64,000 bases of DNA from Candidatus Spongiisociaceae bacterium. Lineage in GTDB: Bacteria > Actinomycetota > Acidimicrobiia > Spongiisociales > Spongiisociaceae. The notes under the pieces were generated by a model that worked only from the letters and a program-made list of their open reading frames with translations, had not been told where the DNA came from and ran no database searches. Every line of letters begins with the position of its first letter. Within the stretch, counting starts at the first letter, position 1. Position numbers and translations under genes: made by a program. The stretch covers positions 768,001-832,000 of the forward strand of contig OZ241841.1 of NCBI GenBank assembly GCA_965202665.1. The letters run 5' to 3'. This document shows, in pieces, positions 38,193 through 45,832 of this stretch.

Positions 38193-38405
38193 CTATTTGA
38201 TTTTGACGGGGCGGAACCCCCGGTTGCGGGCTTCCGCCAGCGTGTCCGGCCCGAAGGTTTGGACGAGTTTGCGGCCCGCCAAATCCTCCGCCTCCATCCT
38301 TTCCTCCAAGGCGGCGAACTGCTCCGGGCGGTCGCAGTCGTACACCCGCATCGTGTCCCGCGCGCCCACGAACCGGTTCCCGGAGAAATGGCGCAACCGG
38401 CCCAC
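38193..38405 (-). CDS. Small hypothetical protein
   Basis: RFVGARDTMRVYDCD..FGPDTLAEARNRGF; operonic position. Confidence 0.65.
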   Translation of the reverse strand: MGRLRHFSGNRFVGARDTMRVYDCDRPEQFAALEERMEAEDLAGRKLVQTFGPDTLAEARNRGFRPVKIK

Positions 38406-38414
38406 GCCCGCCCC

Positions 38415-38750
38415 CTAACCTCTCCGCCCGGCAACGGCGGCGGACACCGCCGTCACCGCCGACCAGTCGTCGCCGGGGGAGGTCCGGCAACGGCTGACAT
38501 GTCCGCAGTCGGCGCACCGATGGACGATCTTCGTCCGGCCGCCTCCGGTCTCCACCCCCACCGGCTCCATCATCCCCCCACAACGGGCGGCCCGGTCGCC
38601 GGGGCGGACGTCCACATGCCGGGACCACAGGCAACGGCGGCAGTGGTTGGTGTAGCCGTCCCCCGGATTGCGCTCCCCGCACCGGGAACAGGCGAAATCC
38701 TCCACCCGGCGTCGAAACCCGCCTCCGGGGGCCGTCCGCTCCGTCCGCAC
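38415..38750 (-). CDS. RNHCP-domain Zn-binding protein
   Basis: FACSRCG..YTNHCRRCLWSRHVDVRPGDR..CGGMM..HRCADCG. Confidence 0.85.
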   Translation of the reverse strand: MRTERTAPGGGFRRRVEDFACSRCGERNPGDGYTNHCRRCLWSRHVDVRPGDRAARCGGMMEPVGVETGGGRTKIVHRCADCGHVSRCRTSPGDDWSAVTAVSAAVAGRRG

Positions 38751-38759
38751 CCCGCCCCC

Positions 38760-40400
38760 TCAGATTCGGGAAGGTTCCCGATAGGCGCCGAACACGGCCC
38801 GCAACGAGTCGGTTATCTCCCCCAGGGTGGCCCGCGCCCGGGCCGCCTCCACCAGCAAAGGCATCAGGTTGGCTTCCCCGGCGGCGGCTTTTTCCAAATC
38901 CTGCCGGAGGGCCGCCACCGCCTCCTCATCCCGGCCGGCCCGCACCGCGGCCAGCCTCTCCCGCTGGCCCTCCTCCACTTCCGGGCCGATGCGCAACAGT
39001 TCAATATCGGACGTTTCTTCGCTCTGGTGGCAGTTCACCCCCACCACTTTCCGCTCCCCGCGGTCCACCGCCCGCTCGAAGCGGTAGGCGGAGTCGGCGA
39101 TGGCCGACTGGAAAAACCCTTCTTCTATACCCCGCAACGCCCCGGTCAGCATGGACCCGCCGCCCAGATCCGCCACCTGCTCCATAATCTTCTCCGCCTG
39201 GGCTTCCATCCGGTCGGTCATCTCCTCCACCAGCCACGATCCGCCCAGGGGGTCGATGCTGTCCGCAATCCCCGTTTCCGAAGCGATCACCTGCTGGGTG
39301 CGCAAGGCGATTTCCGAGGCCCGTTCGGTGGGCAGGGCGTACACCTCGTCCAAAGCGTTGGTGTGCAGGCTTTGCGCCCCGCCCAGCGTCGCCGCCAAAG
39401 CTTCGACGGCGGTGCGCACGATGTTGTTCTCCGGTTGCTGGGCGGTCAGCGACACCCCGGCGGTCTGGGCGTGGAAACGGAGTTTCAGGGAACGTTCCGA
39501 ACGGGCCCCGTAGCGTTCCCGCAACCAGCGGGCCCACAGGCGGCGGGCGGCCCGGAATTTGGCGATCTCCTCGAAGAAGTCGATGTGGGCGTCGAAGAAA
39601 AAGGACAGGCGGGGCGCAAAGTCGTCCACCGCCAGCCCGCGGCGCATCCCCGCCTCCACGTAGGCGAACCCGTCCCCCAAGGTGAAAGCCAACTCTTGGG
39701 CGGCGGTGGCCCCCGCCTCCCGGATGTGATAGCCGGACACGGAAATGGTGTTCCACAACGGGGTTTCCGCCAAGCAGTATTCCATCTGGTCGGTGAGCAG
39801 CCGAATGTGCGGTTCGGGCGGAAAAACCCATTCTTTTTGAGCGATGTATTCTTTGAGGATGTCGGCTTGCAGGGTGCCCCGCAACCGCGCCCGGCGGGCC
39901 CCCTGTTCCTCCGCCGCCACCAGGAAAAAGGCGAACAGAATCTGAGCGGGGCCGCTGATGGTCATGGAAACCGAAACCGTCTCCAAGTCAATCCCCTCGT
40001 ACAGGCGGGCCATGTCGTCCACGGTGTCCACCGCCACCCCGCAGTGCCCCACCTCCCCCGCCGCCCGGGGATGGTCGCTGTCGTAACCCATCAGGGTGGG
40101 CATGTCAAAAGCGGTGCTCAGCCCGTCCTGCCCTTGCTCCAGCAACTGGCGGAACCGGCGGTTGGTGGCCCCGGCGTCGGCGAAGCCGGCGAACTGGCGC
40201 ATCGTCCACAACCGGCCCCGGTAGCCGGAGGCGTGGATGCCGCGCGTGTAGGGGTACTGCCCCGGATAGCCGATGGAGGGCGGAACTTCACCCGTCGCCG
40301 GTTCCCCCAGAGCGGGGACCGGCTCGAAGGAAAGCGTGGAAAAAGCGGGGGCCCGTTTGTCCGCCCGGTCGTAGGCGGTACGCCATTCCCGCCCGCCCAT
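38760..40400 (-). CDS. icmA: Acyl-CoA mutase large subunit, isobutyryl-CoA mutase type
   Basis: WTMRQFAGF and KEYIAQKEW (Phe/Gln where MCM has Tyr/Arg); no B12-binding domain. Confidence 0.75.
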   Translation of the reverse strand: MGGREWRTAYDRADKRAPAFSTLSFEPVPALGEPATGEVPPSIGYPGQYPYTRGIHASGYRGRLWTMRQFAGFADAGATNRRFRQLLEQGQDGLSTAFDMPTLMGYDSDHPRAAGEVGHCGVAVDTVDDMARLYEGIDLETVSVSMTISGPAQILFAFFLVAAEEQGARRARLRGTLQADILKEYIAQKEWVFPPEPHIRLLTDQMEYCLAETPLWNTISVSGYHIREAGATAAQELAFTLGDGFAYVEAGMRRGLAVDDFAPRLSFFFDAHIDFFEEIAKFRAARRLWARWLRERYGARSERSLKLRFHAQTAGVSLTAQQPENNIVRTAVEALAATLGGAQSLHTNALDEVYALPTERASEIALRTQQVIASETGIADSIDPLGGSWLVEEMTDRMEAQAEKIMEQVADLGGGSMLTGALRGIEEGFFQSAIADSAYRFERAVDRGERKVVGVNCHQSEETSDIELLRIGPEVEEGQRERLAAVRAGRDEEAVAALRQDLEKAAAGEANLMPLLVEAARARATLGEITDSLRAVFGAYREPSRI

Positions 40401-40403
40401 CGC

Positions 40404-40775
40404 CTACCCGCCGCTCCACATCGGGTCCGGCCCCCAGCCGGCCCCGCCGGCCTCGGGGTCGGGTTCCGGGGCGGGACGGGGGCCGACGGCCACCATCGCC
40501 CCGCACATCGGACAGGGGGCTTCGCCGACGTCGCCCACTATGAAACTGAACCCGCATTCTTCGCTTGCGCACCGCACCCGGGCGGAGGGCCTCTCCGGCG
40601 GAAGAGGCGGGGGCGGAGGCTCGGGGCCCGCCGGGGGCATTCCCCCCGGTCCCATGCCGCCGGGGGGCCCGGCCGTTCCCCGCACCTCGTTGGCGGTGCC
40701 GCAGGCCGGGCAGGCGTAACGGCCCGGCCCCATTACTTCAAAGCCGCTCCCGCAACGTCCGCAACGCGCTCTCAT
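40404..40775 (-). CDS. Double Zn-ribbon protein with Pro/Gly linker
   Basis: CGRC, CPAC, CASEEC and CPMC motifs. Confidence 0.7.
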   Translation of the reverse strand: MRARCGRCGSGFEVMGPGRYACPACGTANEVRGTAGPPGGMGPGGMPPAGPEPPPPPLPPERPSARVRCASEECGFSFIVGDVGEAPCPMCGAMVAVGPRPAPEPDPEAGGAGWGPDPMWSGG

Positions 40776-40973
40776 AGGGTCTCCGCCTCCCTTTCCGCCA
40801 CCGGCTCTTCCCGCAACCCCCAGTCGAAACAACGCCCGGCGGCCGGCCGCCGCCGCAATGTCCTCCGTTGCCCCTCTGATAATATCAGACGGGGTTTCGG
40901 AAACCGATCCAAAGGGACGCTCGGTAGGCATCCGGGGGGCAACCGGCCAACCCGCAAGGCGCAAAAAGGGCGC

Positions 40974-41414
40974 TCATGTGGCCTCCGCCTCCGTTTCCGC
41001 CACCGGCTCCCCCACGGCCCCTATCGAAAACAGGTATTCCGCCTCGGCGGCCAGCACCGTCGCAATGTCCTCCGGCGAATAATCGAAGCCTTTTTTGAGG
41101 AGGGACTCCCGGATGTATTCCACGGCCCCCCCTTCCCCGCCCGCAATCACCCGCAAACCCCGCCGGCGGGCGGCCGGAACCGCCAGCCCCTGCAAATAGT
41201 GGGCCGACCATTCCAGGATGCGCCCCACCCCCGCCTTGCCCAACCGCTCCCGCACCAACGGGTCCACCTGTTGGCAGGCGAAGGCGATTGCTTCGCGAAT
41301 CACGTACTGCGGCTCGGAGGCCGTGCGGCGGTTGCGGGCCTCCAGCAGGGCCACCGCCGCTACCGCCAACACCAAAGCCGCCGCCAACAACGCTCCGATC
41401 GCCAAAACCGGCAT
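40974..41414 (-). CDS. Membrane-anchored hypothetical protein
   Basis: N-terminal TM segment; C-terminal YLFSIGAVG. Confidence 0.7.
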   Translation of the reverse strand: MPVLAIGALLAAALVLAVAAVALLEARNRRTASEPQYVIREAIAFACQQVDPLVRERLGKAGVGRILEWSAHYLQGLAVPAARRRGLRVIAGGEGGAVEYIRESLLKKGFDYSPEDIATVLAAEAEYLFSIGAVGEPVAETEAEAT

Positions 41415-41423
41415 GTCCGTGCC

Positions 41424-42605
41424 CTAAATCCCGATACGGTCCGCCAGACGGGCCCGGTGGTAGGCGGGGTCTCCGAACATTATCTCCGAACTTTTGGCCC
41501 GTTTGAAAAACAGGTGGGCGTCGTGCTCCCAGGTGAAACCTATCCCCCCGTGAATCTGAATGTTTTCGGCCGCGCACTGAAAATAGGCTTCCGAACAGTA
41601 GGACTTGGCCAGCGGGGCCGCCACCGACAGGTCCTCCCCGCCTTCCCCGGCCGCCGCCCGGGCCGCGTAGTAGGCGGCTGATTTGGCCGACTCCACCGCC
41701 ACCAGCATGTCGGCGCACTTGTGCTTGATGGCCTGAAAGGAGCCGATGGGCCGTCCGAACTGATGGCGGGTGCGGGCGTATTCCACCGCCATATCCAGAC
41801 AGGCCTGGGCCCCTCCCACCTGCTCGGCGGCCAAGGCGACGACCGCCATATCCAACACCCGGTCCACCGCCGCCCAGCCGCCCCCTTCCGGGCCGACCCG
41901 CGCCCCGTCCGGAACTTCCACTCCCGCAAACCGGACTTCGGCCAAAGAACGGGTTTGGTCCATGGACGGGATTTTGGCGGCGTCCACCCCCGGGGCGTCG
42001 GCGGGTACGATAAAAACGGTTATCCCCTCCGCCGGATGGTCGGCGGGGGCGGTGCGGCACACCGCCAGCAGGTTGTGGGCGATGTGGCCGTCCACCACGT
42101 AGGATTTGGTACCGTCCAAAGTCCAGCCGTCCCCGTTGCGAACGGCCGTCATTTGCACCCCGGCGGGATCCCATTTGCCGCCCGGCTCGGTAAGGGCCAG
42201 GGCCCACAGGCTTTCCCCGGCGGCGATGCCGGGCAAATGGGCGGCTTTCTGCTCTTCGGAACCGGCTTCCATGAGCAGTCCCGCCGCCAGGATCACCGTG
42301 GACAGGTAGGGGGCGGGCATCAGGACCCTCCCCATTTCCTCCATCAGCACCGCCGTCTCCACCGGGGTGGCCCCCGCCCCCCCGTACTCTTCGGGAACGG
42401 CCATGGCCTGCCAGCCCATTTCGGCGATGGCCGCCCACGACTCAGGGTCGTATCCGGCCTCGGTTTCCATCAGGGAGCGGGCGGTATCCAACCCGGCCCG
42501 CTCCTCCAGGAACCGGCGGGCGGCGTCGCGCAACATTTGCTGTTCTTCGGACAGGGTCAACCTCAGACGGGACTCCTCGGTAGCTTCCGCCTGATGATAA
42601 CCCAA
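41424..42605 (-). CDS. Acyl-CoA dehydrogenase family protein (start uncertain)
   Basis: PEEYGG, ALTEPG, GTKSYV, RHQFGRPIGSFQAIKHK and QIHGGIGFTWE motifs. Confidence 0.92.
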   Translation of the reverse strand: MGYHQAEATEESRLRLTLSEEQQMLRDAARRFLEERAGLDTARSLMETEAGYDPESWAAIAEMGWQAMAVPEEYGGAGATPVETAVLMEEMGRVLMPAPYLSTVILAAGLLMEAGSEEQKAAHLPGIAAGESLWALALTEPGGKWDPAGVQMTAVRNGDGWTLDGTKSYVVDGHIAHNLLAVCRTAPADHPAEGITVFIVPADAPGVDAAKIPSMDQTRSLAEVRFAGVEVPDGARVGPEGGGWAAVDRVLDMAVVALAAEQVGGAQACLDMAVEYARTRHQFGRPIGSFQAIKHKCADMLVAVESAKSAAYYAARAAAGEGGEDLSVAAPLAKSYCSEAYFQCAAENIQIHGGIGFTWEHDAHLFFKRAKSSEIMFGDPAYHRARLADRIGI

Positions 42606-42636
42606 CGGCGCGGCGGGTCGTCCGTCCGCCGCGCCG
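42606..42636 (-). terminator. 11-bp GC hairpin downstream of the beta-propeller operon
   Basis: CGGCGCGGCGG-N9-CCGCCGCGCCG; the U tail is weak. Confidence 0.45.
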
Positions 42637-42651
42637 CCGGGGCGTAAAACC

Positions 42652-44739
42652 TCAGAAACCGATCCAGGAGGTTTCCCGGAGGGTGTCCAAGTCGTAGCCG
42701 GCCAGTCCGCCCTCGGACAGGGTGAACAGCGTATCGCCCACCACCAGGGAGCGGCGCAGGGGCAGCCAATCCTCGCCCCAAGGTTCGATCGCCTCCGACT
42801 GCGCCCCGCTCGGCTCGTCCAAGCCGGTGCGTCGGATGGAGCCGTGGCCGCGCAGCAGTTCCCGTTGCCGCACCCGCTCCGGGGAAACCTCCAAAGCCAC
42901 CGCCCCTTGGAACGAATCCTTGATGTTCCCGTCCTCCTCCCAAGTCCAGTATTGAACGGGCAACACCGCCAGATCCTCCGGGGCCCAGTAGAGGAAGGCC
43001 CGGTGGTCGTATTCCGCCTCCGAAAAAGCGTCCCGCATGGTGAGCTGGGCGGTGCGGCGCGGGTTGTCCAAGTCGGACACGTCGAACACCGACACCTGCA
43101 ACCCGGAGATGACCCCTTGTTCGTCGGCGTCCTGCCCCACCCCCAGCAGCACCCCGTCCCCTATCGGATGCAGATAGGAGGAGAAGCCGAGGATTTTCAA
43201 CTCGCCCGTGGTGCGGGGGGCGGTCGGGTCGGACAGGTCGATGGTGTACAGCGGGTCGGTTTGCCGGAAAGTGACCACGTATCCGATCTCGCCTAGGAAG
43301 CGCACCGCGAATATCTGCTCCCCTTTGCCCAAGCCGCCCACCGAACCGACCAGGTTCAACCGGCCGCCTTCCTGGGCCAGCACATCCACCCGGCTCTCCG
43401 ACTTTCCCTCCTCCCCGAACCAGGACGGCTGGTTGGTGGAGGCCGCCCGCAGATAGCCCTGGTGTTCGGACAGGGAAAACTGGTTAAGCAGGAACCCATC
43501 CACCGTCCCGCTGGCCGCATACCGCGCCCCGTCCGGGCCGGCGATGTCGAACTTGTGGATGTCGGTGGTGTAATTCTCCGCCTCCCGGCGCCGGGCGTCC
43601 TCCGGGATCCCCCACCAGTCCACCCACCGTTGCGTCGTCACGTACAGGCTGTCCGAAGAGGCGTAGATGTTATCCGCGCCGGACATCACCGTGGTCACCG
43701 CCCCCGGATCAAGGGAACCGGTTACGTCGGCGGTCAGCACGCTCGCCAAAGCCCGCCCGGAGAAGTTCTGCGGCACATAGGAGGCGGCGCAGTCGATGAA
43801 CAGCCCTTCCTCCACCGTTCCCCCCCGCTCGTAGCGATAGGAGGGAACCCAGTCGGCCAAAGTCGATTCCCGAACCGCCTGCCGGTTGATCTCCTCCGCC
43901 CGGTCCCGGGACTCCTCGGAGTCGGAGGCCGGATAGACGAAGCCGGGCAGGGGAGGAGGATAGTAGGTGAACACCGCGGTGGCCCGTTCCCCCACCAGCC
44001 GGGCCGAAACATAAGACCCGCTCACCTGCAGGCTTTCGGTGATGGCCATCCGGCCGGGGTCGGAAATGTCGATCAGGGCGACCATTCCGTCGTAGTAGTT
44101 GTCGCCGGACCCGGACGCCAACCCGGCGCCGGACAGCAACAGCATCACCGTGTCGCCGCTCATAAAAAGTTCCCGCACCCACCCTTGGGGGAGGAACAGA
44201 GACGACCGCAACTCCGGTTTCTCCCCGGTTGCGTCCACGTACCACAAACGTCCGTTGCCCACCGCCAGTATCCGCCGCCCGTCGGTTTTCACAATGTCCG
44301 GTTCGTCCACCCCGGCCTCTTGGATGTTGGTGGTGGAAAAGTCCTCCCCCGCCTGCGGCGCCCGGGGCGCGGCCGGCACCAAAGAGGCGATGGCCCCCCC
44401 GTCGGACGATTCATCCACCGAGAACATCGCGTCGCCTTCCATTATCATCGGGCCCCCGCCTCCCCCCAGCCCGTAGGGGCCGACTTCTTCCAAGGCTTCG
44501 GCCTGAATGCGTTCCAACAGGGCGGGACAGGTTTTGGTTTCCACCAAGGAGGAGGCGAACAAGCCCACCGGCCCCGCTGAGCCGGGTTCGCTTCCGGCCG
44601 TAGTCGCCGGAGCGGCGGTGGAATCAACGGCGGCCGCGGTGGTGGCCGGGGCGGTGGGAACGGTCAGCAACGGTTCCTCGCCCGCGCAAGCGGCCAAGAC
44701 CATCGCCAACGCGGCTACTAGGACGATATGTTTTTTCAT
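42652..44739 (-). CDS. Beta-propeller domain lipoprotein (Beta_propel type)
   Basis: MKK..LAAC lipobox; STTNIQEAGVDEPDIVKTDG, GFLLNQFSLSE, YVVTFRQTDPL and GELKILGFSSYLHP motifs. Confidence 0.9.
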   Translation of the reverse strand: MKKHIVLVAALAMVLAACAGEEPLLTVPTAPATTAAAVDSTAAPATTAGSEPGSAGPVGLFASSLVETKTCPALLERIQAEALEEVGPYGLGGGGGPMIMEGDAMFSVDESSDGGAIASLVPAAPRAPQAGEDFSTTNIQEAGVDEPDIVKTDGRRILAVGNGRLWYVDATGEKPELRSSLFLPQGWVRELFMSGDTVMLLLSGAGLASGSGDNYYDGMVALIDISDPGRMAITESLQVSGSYVSARLVGERATAVFTYYPPPLPGFVYPASDSEESRDRAEEINRQAVRESTLADWVPSYRYERGGTVEEGLFIDCAASYVPQNFSGRALASVLTADVTGSLDPGAVTTVMSGADNIYASSDSLYVTTQRWVDWWGIPEDARRREAENYTTDIHKFDIAGPDGARYAASGTVDGFLLNQFSLSEHQGYLRAASTNQPSWFGEEGKSESRVDVLAQEGGRLNLVGSVGGLGKGEQIFAVRFLGEIGYVVTFRQTDPLYTIDLSDPTAPRTTGELKILGFSSYLHPIGDGVLLGVGQDADEQGVISGLQVSVFDVSDLDNPRRTAQLTMRDAFSEAEYDHRAFLYWAPEDLAVLPVQYWTWEEDGNIKDSFQGAVALEVSPERVRQRELLRGHGSIRRTGLDEPSGAQSEAIEPWGEDWLPLRRSLVVGDTLFTLSEGGLAGYDLDTLRETSWIGF

Positions 44740-44936
44740 GGGATTCTCCTTTGAACGAGGTTATCAGTTAGACGACCGCCGCCGCCGGTAAGGTTCCCAC
44801 CTTGTTCCTCCGCCTGCCTACGCCCCGCACCCTCCAGGCGCACTCCCTCCGCCACATCGCCTAGGAGCATCAGAGCGGCGGTGGCAGGAGCGGCCACCAT
44901 CCCAACGAGCAGGAGGGTTAGAACCAGCCGTTTCAT
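44736..44936 (-). CDS. 66-aa signal/TM peptide
   Basis: MKRLVLTLLLVGMVAAPATAA; ATGA overlaps at both ends. Confidence 0.6.
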   Translation of the reverse strand: MKRLVLTLLLVGMVAAPATAALMLLGDVAEGVRLEGAGRRQAEEQGGNLTGGGGRLTDNLVQRRIP

Positions 44937-45334
44937 AGCAGTTTCAGCAGGAACCTGAAACCCACCACCGACACGCGCCCCCACATCAGGTTCCGTCCCG
45001 TCGCGGCGTTAATTATCTCACAGGCGACAATCAGAACAAGAATGCCGGCGCAACCGAAGAAGAACCAAAACATCTTCCACTTGTCGTCCATCGGCGGTTT
45101 CATAGGCCGATACACTGGGTTGCGTTCCTCACGCTCCCAGTAATTCACCGCCTTCTCCCGCTGTGCCTGCCGGTGAGCCTCATAAACGGCAGGCCGTACC
45201 TCGCCGTGGGCGGTGGCCTGCCACTTCTGCGGCAACTCCCACCCTTCCGTCAACTGCCACCGCCAAACCCCCCGCTCACGCTCCCGCCGTTTCGGCAGGG
45301 GCCGCCGATAGAGTTGGATGCCGCGCTCCCCCAT
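44933..45334 (-). CDS. 133-aa Trp-rich protein with C-terminal TM
   Basis: Translationally coupled on both sides. Confidence 0.65.
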   Translation of the reverse strand: MGERGIQLYRRPLPKRRERERGVWRWQLTEGWELPQKWQATAHGEVRPAVYEAHRQAQREKAVNYWEREERNPVYRPMKPPMDDKWKMFWFFFGCAGILVLIVACEIINAATGRNLMWGRVSVVGFRFLLKLL

Positions 45335-45546
45335 CAGCGTCTCTCCAACCTAAACCGGTCAGGCAACGCTTGCCGCAACAGCCGCATCGCCAGCACCGGT
45401 ATCCCGGCCAGCATCGTCCACTCCATCACCGCCCCCGCGAAGTGGAAGATGGTCTCCACCACCGCGTAGACGGTAACGACAATGAGAGTGAGGGTAGTAA
45501 CCCGGATAATCCAACGGGCTGCCCATTCCCCTAGTAGTTCAAACAT
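45334..45546 (-). CDS. 70-aa two-TM protein
   Basis: AAAGGA RBS; two hydrophobic helices; TGATG overlap. Confidence 0.65.
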   Translation of the reverse strand: MFELLGEWAARWIIRVTTLTLIVVTVYAVVETIFHFAGAVMEWTMLAGIPVLAMRLLRQALPDRFRLERR

Positions 45547-45601
45547 CAGGTCCGTCCTTTCACTTGCCGCCCTGCCTTGTCATCTGTCGGGAACCCTTTG
45601 G

Positions 45602-45769
45602 TTATCCGTTCCACAACCGGTCGCCTAACAGGGCCGCTTCCAGCAACACCCAGGCAACCAACGCCGCCCACGGCCACCGCGTCCGCCACCGCTCCGCTAC
45701 CCACAAAACGAACCAGACCGCCAACACCAACCCCTCACCGCAACCCCCGTCGCTGTCCCGTTTAGCCAT
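45602..45769 (-). CDS. 55-aa two-TM Trp-rich protein (below the track cut-off)
   Basis: Translated by hand: MAKRDSDGGCGEGLVLAVWFVLWVAERWRTRWPWAALVAWVLLEAALLGDRLWNG*. Confidence 0.55.
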   Translation of the reverse strand: MAKRDSDGGCGEGLVLAVWFVLWVAERWRTRWPWAALVAWVLLEAALLGDRLWNG

Positions 45770-45832
45770 CAGATTTGGCCTTAGAGAAGAAATTGCCGCC
45801 CGGCTCGATCAGAGCCGGGCGGCAAGGGTTTG

